From the NCBI GenBank assembly GCA_001595385.3, contig LVEI03000002.1, positions 51,924 to 115,923 on the forward strand: DNA of 64,000 nt, in the 5' to 3' direction. The stretch comes from Deltaproteobacteria bacterium GWC2_55_46 (GTDB lineage Bacteria > Desulfobacterota > GWC2-55-46). Made by a program: the position numbers and the translations under genes. Below the pieces are notes generated by a model that did no database searches, was not told where the DNA came from, and saw only the letters and a program-made list of their open reading frames with translations. Below are positions 52,945-62,572 of this stretch, one piece after another. The number at the start of each line of letters is the position of its first letter. The stretch's first letter is position 1.

Positions 52945-53669
52945 TGTTCAGAGTTTTTAATGTAAGAGCGGCCATTGTTTTAGCGGCCCTGATTGCTGTG
53001 CTGTTTTCAGCCAGTTCCGGCATATCCGGCCAGCCTGACCTAGGCGAGCCTCTGAGCGCGGTCGAAGCCGCCTCAGCGTTCGACAGGATTAAAAACGCGC
53101 AGTCCGGGATTGACTCTGTCCTTGCCAGGGTCAGGCAGACGAAGAGTTCGCCCCTTCTTGATAAGGATATCGTGACAGAGGGTTCGGTCCTTCTCAAAAA
53201 GCCCAATTTCATGAGATGGGAGATCGATTCTCCGCAGAAGATGGTCGTTGTCGCGGACGGTGAGGCTCTGTGGGTCTACAGGCCAGCGAAGAGGGACGCG
53301 ACTAAAAGGCTGCTCGCCGGGGACATGGTCGTCAGGTACACTGTCGGCTTTCTCTCTTCAAGCATGAATTTTTCGCTCGATGAGATATCAAAGAACTTCA
53401 AATTGTTGACTTATGTGAAAGACGGCGCCACGATAATCCTTTTTCAGCCTAAGTCGAAAATGCTTTCGAGATTTCTGAAAGACCTTAAAATATTTTACGG
53501 CCCAGACGGGCTGCCGCGGCGTTTCGAGGTGCAAACGAAAGACGGTTCGACGACAAGTACGGAGATAGGGGAAGTCGTGGTAAACAGCGTAAAAGATAAT
53601 ACCCCGTTCTCGCTGAAACTCCCATCCGGCACCGTAGTGAGGACGCTCGGAGCCGAAGAGACGCGCTGA
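52944..53669 (+). CDS. LolA-like lipoprotein-carrier-fold protein
   Basis: Signal peptide plus the ...F.Q......L......G.v.lkkP...rWe...P....vv.DG..lW.Y.P pattern. ATG overlaps the upstream stop (TGATG). Confidence 0.65.
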   Translation: MFRVFNVRAAIVLAALIAVLFSASSGISGQPDLGEPLSAVEAASAFDRIKNAQSGIDSVLARVRQTKSSPLLDKDIVTEGSVLLKKPNFMRWEIDSPQKMVVVADGEALWVYRPAKRDATKRLLAGDMVVRYTVGFLSSSMNFSLDEISKNFKLLTYVKDGATIILFQPKSKMLSRFLKDLKIFYGPDGLPRRFEVQTKDGSTTSTEIGEVVVNSVKDNTPFSLKLPSGTVVRTLGAEETR

Positions 53670-53670
53670 A

Positions 53671-54318
53671 ATGCTGCGGATTGCCTCAGTTCTCATATTC
53701 CTGGCCATAGCCGCGCTGTTGGTTTACAGGTTCGCTCCCGGGCTCAGTCCGGCGGAGCTCCGTGCCTTCGTTCATTCTTTCGGAGCCCTTGCCCCGATAG
53801 TCTTCATAATCATAGTCGCGCTGAAGCCCATTCTTTTTTTTATCCCCTCGTTGGGGCTTACGGTAATAGCGGGGACGATGTTCGGCCCGTTTTACGGCAC
53901 TATCTATGTATCGATAGGCGCGGCAGGCTCCACGGCAGTGGCTTTTTACTTCGCCCGCATTTTGGGCAGAAGGGGAGTGGAGCGGGTCGTAAGCGGCAGT
54001 AAAAAGCTTCTGAACTTCGATAACAACATGGAGCAAAATGGTTTCAGGACCGTTTTTTTCATGCGGCTGTTCAACATCCCCTGGGACCTCGTAAGCTACT
54101 CTGCCGGGCTCTCTAAAATGCCTTTCAGGGATTTTTATCTGAGCAGCATGATATTGATAATCCCCATCTGTTTCATATATACCTATTTCGGAAGCACTGT
54201 AGAGGAGCCATTAAGCCCAGGCTTCATAATATCTTTGGCTGTGCTTATAGGTCTCGGCTCAATGCCATTCATATTTAAAGCGCTTAAAAAGAAAAATCAG
54301 GGTAACTTAGGGATGTAA
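53671..54318 (+). CDS. TVP38/TMEM64 (DedA/SNARE-associated) family membrane protein
   Basis: FMRLFNIPWDLVSYSAGLSKMPFRDFY motif, 5-6 TM segments. Confidence 0.75.
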   Translation: MLRIASVLIFLAIAALLVYRFAPGLSPAELRAFVHSFGALAPIVFIIIVALKPILFFIPSLGLTVIAGTMFGPFYGTIYVSIGAAGSTAVAFYFARILGRRGVERVVSGSKKLLNFDNNMEQNGFRTVFFMRLFNIPWDLVSYSAGLSKMPFRDFYLSSMILIIPICFIYTYFGSTVEEPLSPGFIISLAVLIGLGSMPFIFKALKKKNQGNLGM

Positions 54319-54342
54319 GACACCGGCTTAAGTTCTTAATGC

Positions 54343-55761
54343 ATGCTGGCTGGGAATCAGCTCACAAATAAAATTTTTTTTCAGAATGAGAAAAAAACAA
54401 CAGGGGTTTTGAATTTGAGTAAGCCTAAGCTTCTCTTGATATCACCGATAGCCGCTAAAAGCATAATGGGCAAGGATTTTTATTTCAGGCTCCCGACCTT
54501 GGGACTGCTGAAAGTGGCTGCGCTCACCCCTGACGGCTGGGACATTAATATCGTCGACGAAAAGGCCGAGCCCATAGACCTGAACCAGGATGCCGATCTT
54601 GTAGGCATCACTTCAATGACCCCGGCGGTAAACAGGGGATATGAGATAGCCGACCACTTCAGGGCAAGGGGCATCAAGGTGGTTATGGGCGGCATGCACC
54701 CGTCCAAGATGCCGGAAGAGGCCTTGCAGCACGCTGACAGCGTGGTAATAGGAGAGGCCGAAGGGCTATGGCCCGGAGTGCTCGAGGACTTCAAGCATGG
54801 GAAGCTTAAAAAAATATATAAGCACAGCGCCTATCCCTCCCTTGTAAACATTGGTATCGCTGACTGGGAGCTCTATCGGAACAAGCGGTATCTTCCTGTT
54901 CACTTTGTCGAGACGACAAGGGGGTGCCCGCACGACTGCGACTTCTGCTCGGTAACAAACTCATTCGGCGGAAAGTTCAGGTCAAGGCCTGTAGACGAGG
55001 TTGAAAACGAAGTCAGGCAGCTGAAACACTTCGACGGCAGGTTCATCCTCAAAAATATGGTTTTTTTTGTAGACGACAACATCATAAGCAACCGGGCTTA
55101 CGCGAGGGAGTTCTTCAAGCGTATCGCTCCTTATAACCTGAAATGGCTCGGCCAGGCTTCCGTAAATGTCGCCAGTGACGATGAGATACTCAGGCTTATG
55201 AAGCAAAGCGGCTGCCTGGGGCTCTTGGTCGGTTTCGAGACGCTTTCAAACAATAATCTCAATACCGTTGGAAAGAACTTCAATCATCCCGATAAGTATA
55301 TTGATGTCATAAAAAAGCTGCATGACCACGGCATAGGCGTTAACGGCGCATTCGTATTCGGGCTCGATGATGATGACGAAGGGGTTTTTGACCGTACGCG
55401 CGAGTTTGTAGTAAAGGCCAAACTCGATGTCTGTTATTTCTCTATTCTGACCCCTTATCCTGGGACCGTGCTTTATGAAAGGCTCAGGAAAGAGGACAGG
55501 ATAATCGATAACGACTGGTCGAACTACACCACGAGTTCTGTTGTCTACAGGCCCAAAAAAATGACCCCGGAAAAGCTCCTTGATGGTTATTATGACGCTT
55601 ACAGGGGAGCGTTCACATATTCTTCGATTTTCAAAAGGCTCTGGGGCAATGGGACCTATAAAAACTTTTTCTGGCCGATGAACTTCGGTTTTAAGCAGAG
55701 CATAGAAAAATCAGTTGAGCGCTTGAAGGCCATGGAGAATTCCTCTCTTAGAAATAGCTGA
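54343..55761 (+). CDS. B12-binding-domain radical SAM protein
   Basis: DLVGITSMTP...GIKVVMGGMHPS cobalamin-binding domain, then ETTRGCPHDCDFCSV (CxxxCxxC). Start uncertain, with TTG options at about 54409-54415. Confidence 0.8.
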   Translation: MLAGNQLTNKIFFQNEKKTTGVLNLSKPKLLLISPIAAKSIMGKDFYFRLPTLGLLKVAALTPDGWDINIVDEKAEPIDLNQDADLVGITSMTPAVNRGYEIADHFRARGIKVVMGGMHPSKMPEEALQHADSVVIGEAEGLWPGVLEDFKHGKLKKIYKHSAYPSLVNIGIADWELYRNKRYLPVHFVETTRGCPHDCDFCSVTNSFGGKFRSRPVDEVENEVRQLKHFDGRFILKNMVFFVDDNIISNRAYAREFFKRIAPYNLKWLGQASVNVASDDEILRLMKQSGCLGLLVGFETLSNNNLNTVGKNFNHPDKYIDVIKKLHDHGIGVNGAFVFGLDDDDEGVFDRTREFVVKAKLDVCYFSILTPYPGTVLYERLRKEDRIIDNDWSNYTTSSVVYRPKKMTPEKLLDGYYDAYRGAFTYSSIFKRLWGNGTYKNFFWPMNFGFKQSIEKSVERLKAMENSSLRNS

Positions 55762-55763
55762 AA

Positions 55764-56945
55764 ATGGTGGAGAGCGGCATGAAAAAACCGGGCGTTCTTG
55801 TGCTTGACGGGATGTGGAACAAGACGCTATCGGCTGTGAGGAGCCTAGGCCAAAAAGGTATCAAGGTGGCTGTTGGCGAAGCCACGCGTCTTACCACTTC
55901 GCATTTTTCAAGGTACGCCTCCAGAAGGTTGGTCTATCCTTCGCCGATTGCCAGGCCTGACGCGTTCATGAACTGGCTTCTATCCGAGCTTAAGGCCGGC
56001 TCTTATGAGATGGTCCTGCCTACAGAGTTTTCAACACAGCAGCTAATCGCCGGAAATGTTAAACATATCTCTCCTTTAACCGGATTCCCGTTTCCTCCGT
56101 ACGAACTCGCGCAAAAAGTCCATGACAAGGCGTGGCTCATGAAGTTTGCCGTTCAAAAAGGCTATCCAGCGCCAAAGACATTTTTTGTCGAAGACATCGA
56201 GGAACTGGAAGGAATCGCAAACAGAGTCTCTTATCCGGCTGTCATAAAACCTAAGGAGAGTTCCGGTTCACGCGGGATAATGTATGTAAAAGATAGAGGC
56301 TCTTTTCGAGACAACTACCTGAGCGTGCACTCGAAGTATCCTTATCCGCTCGTCCAGGAGTACATTCCAGCTTCAGAAGGCGGGGGCTGCGGTGTGGCCG
56401 CGCTATTCAATATGAAGGGCGAGCCTCGGGTCGGTTTTGTCTACAAAAGGCTAAGAGAGTACCCTGTCTCGGGCGGACCGAGCACATTGAGGGAGAGTAT
56501 CCGCGATGAACGCCTCAGGGATACCGCTTTTTCCATACTCAAAGACTTGAACTGGGTCGGCCCGGCGATGGTAGAGTTCCGCAAAGACCCGAGAGATAAT
56601 ACTTACAAATTGCTTGAGATCAACCCAAGGTTGTGGGGGTCTTTGAGCCTCTCCGTACTTTCCGGCGTGGATTTCCCCTTTCTTCTATATATGCTCGCCA
56701 AAATAGGGGATTGTGAAGAGGTGCTCGAGTACAGGGCAGGCGTGAGGTGCAGATGGCTCATACCGGGAGATATCATGCATCTTATGGCCACTAAAGATAA
56801 GCGAAAAGCATTGAGGAATTTTTTTGAAAGAGCTGACGGATATGATATCTTGTCGCTTCATGACCCTTTGCCAGTTGTGGGAAGGCTGTCATCATTGATA
56901 CCTTTTTTATTCAACAGGGAAATGAGAAAGCTCGTATTCAGATGA
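55764..56945 (+). CDS. ATP-grasp domain protein
   Basis: YPAVIKPKESSGSRGIMYV...LVQEYIP...EFR.D......KLLEINPR motifs. Confidence 0.75.
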   Translation: MVESGMKKPGVLVLDGMWNKTLSAVRSLGQKGIKVAVGEATRLTTSHFSRYASRRLVYPSPIARPDAFMNWLLSELKAGSYEMVLPTEFSTQQLIAGNVKHISPLTGFPFPPYELAQKVHDKAWLMKFAVQKGYPAPKTFFVEDIEELEGIANRVSYPAVIKPKESSGSRGIMYVKDRGSFRDNYLSVHSKYPYPLVQEYIPASEGGGCGVAALFNMKGEPRVGFVYKRLREYPVSGGPSTLRESIRDERLRDTAFSILKDLNWVGPAMVEFRKDPRDNTYKLLEINPRLWGSLSLSVLSGVDFPFLLYMLAKIGDCEEVLEYRAGVRCRWLIPGDIMHLMATKDKRKALRNFFERADGYDILSLHDPLPVVGRLSSLIPFLFNREMRKLVFR

Positions 56946-56976
56946 AGGTTTTCAATTGGATTCGCGGTGATTCGGA

Positions 56977-57801
56977 ATGTTGAACGCGCTCACTGTCGAC
57001 CTCGAGGACTGGTACCACGTATGCGGCGGCGGAAGGCACACTGACCCCAGGGTCTGGGACGAGTACGAGGACCGTGTCACGCGGAATACGGATAAGATAC
57101 TCAGGATGCTCTCAGCTTATTCCTGCAAGGCGACTTTTTTTGTGTTGGGCTATATAGCCGAGAGAAACCCGGAGCTTGTAAAGAGGATTCATGACGAGGG
57201 GCACGAGATAGCGGTCCACGGCTATTATCACAAACGAGTATTTGAGATGACCCCCGCCGAGTTCGAGGACGACCTTTTAATGTCGATAAGCGCCGTCAAA
57301 TCCATTACTCATGAAAATGTGCTTGGCTTCAGGGCGCCTGAATGGTCGATAAGGGATAACGCTCAGTGGGCCTTTCCTATAATAAGAAAGGCAGGGCTGA
57401 GATACGATTCCAGCACTGTGCCGCTTACGAGGATGGGCGACAGATCGTATAAAAAGACTCCCCATAAAATTGATACCCCTTACGGAGAGCTTTACGAATT
57501 TCCACTTACGACCTTCAAGCTGTTCTGGGAAAACCTGCCTTATACCGGTGGGCTTCCGATGAGGGTGGCGCCTTACTTCTTCATATGCTCATCGATAAAA
57601 AAGCTGAACGGCATGGGGATACCCGCCATCTCTTACATCCATCCGTGGGAGTTCGACAAGGACCAGCCGGAGATAGAACTGCCCATATCAAGGCGGTTCA
57701 TGCATTATTTCAATATACAGGCGACAAGACCTAAGATAGAGGGGCTTTTAAGGCATTTCAGGTTCGCGCCGGTAAAGGATGTGCTTGGTCTGAATGCTTA
57801 G
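56977..57801 (+). CDS. Polysaccharide deacetylase family protein (DUF3473-type C-terminus)
   Basis: LNALTVDLEDWYHV...ATFFVLGYIAE..PELVKRI..EGHEIAVHGY.H...FRAPEWS. Confidence 0.75.
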   Translation: MLNALTVDLEDWYHVCGGGRHTDPRVWDEYEDRVTRNTDKILRMLSAYSCKATFFVLGYIAERNPELVKRIHDEGHEIAVHGYYHKRVFEMTPAEFEDDLLMSISAVKSITHENVLGFRAPEWSIRDNAQWAFPIIRKAGLRYDSSTVPLTRMGDRSYKKTPHKIDTPYGELYEFPLTTFKLFWENLPYTGGLPMRVAPYFFICSSIKKLNGMGIPAISYIHPWEFDKDQPEIELPISRRFMHYFNIQATRPKIEGLLRHFRFAPVKDVLGLNA

Positions 57802-58048
57802 AGATGTATATTACATACGGTCTTTAGTATCCACCTGTCTTTTCCTGGGAGCCGTCCTTTTCTCGCTCCTATTTTTCCTGTATTTTACCGGTGTATACGG
57901 TGCGGCCGCGTTCCTGGGGCTTGTATTCTTCCTGCTCGCTTATTTCTACAGGCTGCATCTTTTTCTATTTGCCGGCAGGAGAGGCATAGCAAATGGAGCC
58001 ATCAAGGAAGAACCTTTTAAAGATAGCAGGGCCAAATTCGAGGTCTGA
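57794..58048 (+). CDS. Small 2-TM membrane protein
   Basis: 84 aa. Overlaps both neighbours' termini (translationally coupled). Confidence 0.5.
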   Translation: MLRDVYYIRSLVSTCLFLGAVLFSLLFFLYFTGVYGAAAFLGLVFFLLAYFYRLHLFLFAGRRGIANGAIKEEPFKDSRAKFEV

Positions 58049-59250
58049 TGCGAAGGCGTGTCGCGATAACAGGGGCAGGAATTATCACAGCTCATGGAGC
58101 AGGCTATGGGAAAAACCTGTCTGCCTTCATGGAAGGCAAGGACAGTATCCGGGAAATTTCCTTGTTCGACTCAACCCGTTACAGGGGCAAAAAAGGAGGA
58201 GAAGTCCAGGAGTTTTCTTTTGGCATAAAACTTCAAAAGCTCAAGAAAAGGCGGCTCGACAGGGCAACGCTTCTTCTGCTGACTGCTTTCGAGGAAGCCA
58301 GAGAGGCGTCAGGGCTTTCTTTCGATGGAATCGAGGCTTTGGTCTCGCTCGGCACCACGCTCGGCGGCATGATATCCGGCGCCAGGTATCATACGGATTA
58401 TGTCAAAAAAGGCAGGATGCTTTCGCGGCCTTCGATGCTAACTGACTATCTTGCCCATTTTCAGGCAGCCCACCTTAAAGAAGAATACGGGATAGAAGGT
58501 GAGGCGGCGACCTTTAGTGACGCATGCGCTTCAAGCTCTAATTCTATTGGCTATGCGTTTGAATCGATACGCGGCGGTCTTGCCGATGTGGCTATAGCTG
58601 GAGGGTACGAGCCGATGTGCGAGTTCACCCTTGCTGGTTTTAACTCCCTTCAGGCAATAACTCCCGGCGTGTGCAGGCCGTTCGATAAGAACCGCGACGG
58701 GCTCGTGCTTGGCGAAGGCGCGGCGGTCCTCATACTTGAAGATCTGGAAAAAGCGCAAACCCGGGGAGCCGATATCCTGGGAGAGGTAATAGGGTTCGGC
58801 GCTTCTTCGGACGTGTTTCATTCGACAAGGCCTGATCCTGACGCAAAAGGCGCGATAGCCGCGATAAAAGCCGCTCTTGAGGACGCCGCAATAATGAGTT
58901 CTGATGTCGATTACATCAACGCGCATGGCACCGCCACCCCTTTTAACGACCAGATGGAAGCTCGGGCCATAATGGATGTCTTCGATAAAAAGGTGCCTGT
59001 AAGCTCGATTAAATCAATGGTAGGACATATGCTCGGGGCATCAGGGGCAACAGAGGCGATAGTATCGCTCATGGCGATACGGGAAGGGTTCCTGCCGCCG
59101 AATATAAATATGACCGAGCCGGACCCCGAGTGCGCCGTGAATATCGTAAGAAAACCAGTAAAGGGCGTCTCGATAAACAGGGTGCTTTCGACATCATTCG
59201 GGTTCGGAGGCGCGAACGCGGCCCTCGTTCTCCAGAAGTATAAACAATGA
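58048..59250 (+). CDS. Beta-ketoacyl-ACP synthase (FabF/KAS II-like), catalytically complete
   Basis: Cys in SDACASSS, His in INAHGTATPFND and SMVGHMLGASG. Confidence 0.85.
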   Translation: MRRRVAITGAGIITAHGAGYGKNLSAFMEGKDSIREISLFDSTRYRGKKGGEVQEFSFGIKLQKLKKRRLDRATLLLLTAFEEAREASGLSFDGIEALVSLGTTLGGMISGARYHTDYVKKGRMLSRPSMLTDYLAHFQAAHLKEEYGIEGEAATFSDACASSSNSIGYAFESIRGGLADVAIAGGYEPMCEFTLAGFNSLQAITPGVCRPFDKNRDGLVLGEGAAVLILEDLEKAQTRGADILGEVIGFGASSDVFHSTRPDPDAKGAIAAIKAALEDAAIMSSDVDYINAHGTATPFNDQMEARAIMDVFDKKVPVSSIKSMVGHMLGASGATEAIVSLMAIREGFLPPNINMTEPDPECAVNIVRKPVKGVSINRVLSTSFGFGGANAALVLQKYKQ

Positions 59251-60368
59251 AGGTCGTAATCACGGGAATAGGCATAGTATCCCCGGCCGGGATAGGCAAG
59301 GAGGCTCTTTGGGACGCCCTCGTCCAGGGCAGGTCTTGTATAGCTCCCATCGAGAGGCTCAATGGCGCTTATGAGGGGGCCGAGGTAAAGGGATTCTCCT
59401 TCGAGTCCAATTTTGAAGACAGGAGGTTCAGGCGCGCCGCTCTTGTCAGCAGGTTCGCTCTTGTGGCGGCAAAGCTCGCGTTGAAGGACGCTGGTTTTAA
59501 CGCCGCTCCAGGAGGGCTCGAACGCATGCGGGCAGGCGTGGTCTCTGGCATTACGCATGGCGCCCTCAATTTCAGCTGCGAATTTCATAATAGCTATATG
59601 GAAGAAGGCCCCGCGGGTGCGAGTCCCGCGCTTTTTTCAGACTCGGTACTGAATGCCACTACCGGAAGCCTGAGCCTTGCATTCTCAGCGAGAGGGCCAT
59701 CGCATACCCTGATAGGCGACAGCCCGGTCGGGCTTCAGGCGTTAAGGCTGGGTTCGATGCTGATCGCTTCAAAAAAAACTCAAATCTGCATGGTGGCTGC
59801 TTCCGAGGTGTTCGAAGAGATTTTGGCTTTTTCGTATTCCAGGCTCGGCCATATCAGTGGCCGGGCACCGAGCTTTAATGCCGGAGAAGGCTCTGCCGTG
59901 CTGATACTCGAAAGCCTTGAGGCGGCGCTTGAAAGAGGGGCAATGCCATTGGCCGAGGTTGGTGGATGTTCCGTAAGCACAGGTAAGGACCTGGTGTCTT
60001 CCTTGACAAAAACCTGCGCGGACTCTCTTAAGAATGCTGGCCTGTCTCTGAATAGCGTCACGCATGTAATAACCAGGCATCCCTACTGGCTTGGAGATTA
60101 TGAAGAAAAGGCTTTTGCCGGCCTGTTGCGGGGCAAGTCCGTCTCCTCGACATCCGCCTGCATAGGCGAGTGCTTCGGGTTATCTTCACTCACGGACATC
60201 GCAATGGCGGCAATTGCGGTCAATAAAGGGAAGATATTCGATTCCATGTGCCTCGATAGTCCGGCCTTGCAAACAGCTGGAGCAACCCCTCTGGAACCCT
60301 TAAATGTGCTTGTTGCGTCAACCGGGATCAAGTGCGAGGCCGGGTGCGCCGTGTTGAAAAGGATTTGA
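59247..60368 (+). CDS. KS-like protein lacking the catalytic Cys (chain-length-factor-like partner)
   Basis: By hand alignment GPSHTLIGDSPVG corresponds to the G.....TACxSG motif, with Ser at the Cys position. The His motifs are degenerate. ATGA overlap with the upstream KS. Confidence 0.7.
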   Translation: MKVVITGIGIVSPAGIGKEALWDALVQGRSCIAPIERLNGAYEGAEVKGFSFESNFEDRRFRRAALVSRFALVAAKLALKDAGFNAAPGGLERMRAGVVSGITHGALNFSCEFHNSYMEEGPAGASPALFSDSVLNATTGSLSLAFSARGPSHTLIGDSPVGLQALRLGSMLIASKKTQICMVAASEVFEEILAFSYSRLGHISGRAPSFNAGEGSAVLILESLEAALERGAMPLAEVGGCSVSTGKDLVSSLTKTCADSLKNAGLSLNSVTHVITRHPYWLGDYEEKAFAGLLRGKSVSSTSACIGECFGLSSLTDIAMAAIAVNKGKIFDSMCLDSPALQTAGATPLEPLNVLVASTGIKCEAGCAVLKRI

Positions 60369-61448
60369 ATGGCTACAATGCTTTTGCAAAATAGGATAAA
60401 CCCGCTGCGCCTCCAGGTCGTGCCAAAGGTCCTTACAGGCATGCTTCTTTCGTTTATAGAAAATGAAGGGATGTGCGATTTATTAAAAAGACCCGTGGCA
60501 TTTTCTTTCGAAGAGTTTTCAGCGGCTGCGCAACGCGCTCTTCATTATGAATTAAAAGACACTGTCAAAATAAGGATGATGAAGGTCGGGCTGGATTTTC
60601 TGACGGAGTGCGGGTACCTTGCCAGGCTGGAAAACTCGAAGTTCCTTTTTACGCCCGAGCGCATGGATAAGGCTGCTTACAGGTTGGATGACAGGGAAGG
60701 CGACCTTAAAAAAGCATTCTCGGGCGAATTTGATTTTTTCCAAGCATGCCTTGACGAAGCCCCCGGATTCCTAAGGGGAACGAAAGCCCCTGTCGGTTTT
60801 TCTCCGGCTTACGAGCAGCTATGGGACGGTTTTCTCGACAATATCGAGTTCGCTACGATGCGCAGGCTTCTTTTGAGTCTGATGGACCTTGAAAACAATC
60901 CAGGTTTCCGCGTGCTCGACCTGTGCTACGGAGTGGGTCATGGGCTTTCAGCGATACTTTCTGGTTATCCTGATATTAGATTGGCAGCCCTTGACCGTGA
61001 AAATGTCTACAAAGAGGCCGCTCTTAAGAAGACCGAAGGCTTTGATGTGGAGTTCATAAGCGAACATTGGGATGGCTTCGGCTCAAGGCTCCCGATTGAC
61101 GACGCTTCCTTTGACGCTGTCCACTTCATGTGCGCTGACCCGTATGTCCCGCCAGGAAAGCGCGATGGAGTCTATGGCGAGATAAAGAGGGTATTGAAGC
61201 CCGGGGGCACGCTTGGCATGATGACGTGGTCTTATCCTGAGGACGGGGCTCAGGCTCAAGACCCCTGGAGGAGGCGGCAGATACTTGCCCACGACTTTAT
61301 CGAGAGCGTTTGCGCCGGCTGGCATGGCTTTTATAAAGCAGGCGAGACAAGGGAGATGTTCGAGCGTTTAGGCTTCAGGCCGAAGAAGACGGTATTGCCA
61401 CTGGAGCCTTCGTTGAGTTCGGTTTTATGGGTGATGGAAAGACCATGA
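60369..61448 (+). CDS. Class I SAM-dependent methyltransferase with an N-terminal dimerisation-like domain
   Basis: Motif I VLDLCYGVGHGL and post-I/II LKPGGTLGMM. Confidence 0.7.
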   Translation: MATMLLQNRINPLRLQVVPKVLTGMLLSFIENEGMCDLLKRPVAFSFEEFSAAAQRALHYELKDTVKIRMMKVGLDFLTECGYLARLENSKFLFTPERMDKAAYRLDDREGDLKKAFSGEFDFFQACLDEAPGFLRGTKAPVGFSPAYEQLWDGFLDNIEFATMRRLLLSLMDLENNPGFRVLDLCYGVGHGLSAILSGYPDIRLAALDRENVYKEAALKKTEGFDVEFISEHWDGFGSRLPIDDASFDAVHFMCADPYVPPGKRDGVYGEIKRVLKPGGTLGMMTWSYPEDGAQAQDPWRRRQILAHDFIESVCAGWHGFYKAGETREMFERLGFRPKKTVLPLEPSLSSVLWVMERP

Positions 61449-62242
61449 GGCGCGTCGTTGTCACAGGCCTTGGACTTATAACGCCGCTTGACTGCGGAGG
61501 GGGCAAAGAGGTCTTCTGGACTGCCATCTCAAGCGGCAGGTGCTCAATAGGCCCGGTGAGCCTTTTTGACGCCTCAGGGTATTCGTCAGGCGTCGCGGCG
61601 GAAATAAAAGGCCTTACGGTTAAGCCCGAAGAAAGATGGCAACGACTGTTGGATACCGCAGTCGACTTTGCGCTTTCTGACGCTGGCATCAGGGAAGAAA
61701 GTAAAAGCAAAACAGGCCTTATTCTCGGTACAGTCGTAGGGGGGATACTTTCAGGGACCGCTGCGTGGCGCGCCCGCTCTGGTTTACCAGGTTCATATCA
61801 TCTCTACTCGGGCGCAAACGAAATCGCTAGGCGTATTAAGCTTGAGGGGCCTGTTACTACCGTCTCGACAGCCTGCGCGTCCGGCACTGACGCCGTCGGC
61901 ATGGCAGCCAGATGTATCCAGTCGGGCGGGGCTGATATGATGATGGCCGGGGGAGGGGATGTCCTTAGCGAGTTTGCCTTCAGCGGTTTCAGCGCCCTTA
62001 ATGCCATGACCAAAGGCGTTGTAAGGCCTTTCTCAAAAAACCGGGACGGACTTGCGCTTGGAGAGGGAGCAGGCTTTCTTGTACTGGAGGAAGAAAAACA
62101 TGCAAACGCGAGGGGCGCGCATATATATTGCAGACTCTCGGGTTATGCTTCAGCGGCAGATGCCAACCACATGACCGGCCCTGACAAAAACGGAAGAGGG
62201 CTTGCAGCCGCAATAACAGGGGAACGCGCTGATGCAGCTTGA
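61445..62242 (+). pseudogene. Beta-ketoacyl synthase, C-terminally truncated (about 265 aa, His-His region missing)
   Basis: Has TVSTACASGTDAVG (Cys) but stops after ...ADANHMTGPDKNGRGLAAAITG, before the expected xxNAHGT motif. Confidence 0.55.
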
Positions 62243-62489
62243 CGAGATAATCAATTTTCAGATAATAGCGTACTCAGGCGACGAAGGCTCTGACAGGATC
62301 ATCGTAAAAGCAGGTTCGACTGAGACAGACGACGCTCTTGTCGAGAAGATAAAAAACACCATTCGCTCTTACGCGAGAGTCGCTCCTGAGGTCGAAATAA
62401 TGTCCCCTGAAAGGGTGGATGGCCTTCTTTATGCAGGCAACAGACGCAAAAAGATGACCTTTGTGGACATGAGGGGAACCGTTGCATAG
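62232..62489 (+). pseudogene. C-terminal fragment of a PaaK/CapK-like adenylate-forming ligase
   Basis: FQIIAYSG..SDRIIVKAG...LVEKIKNTIR....V.PEVEIMSPE.......G...KK..FVD.R resembles the small C-domain of phenylacetate-CoA-ligase-type enzymes. No N-domain is present. Confidence 0.45.
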
Positions 62490-62572
62490 GCGTGGTTGAT
62501 TTATGTTCCGTGTAATATTTCCTTTTTTCTAATAGACCATTATTTAAACATCTGAGAGGGAGTTTTACTGCG

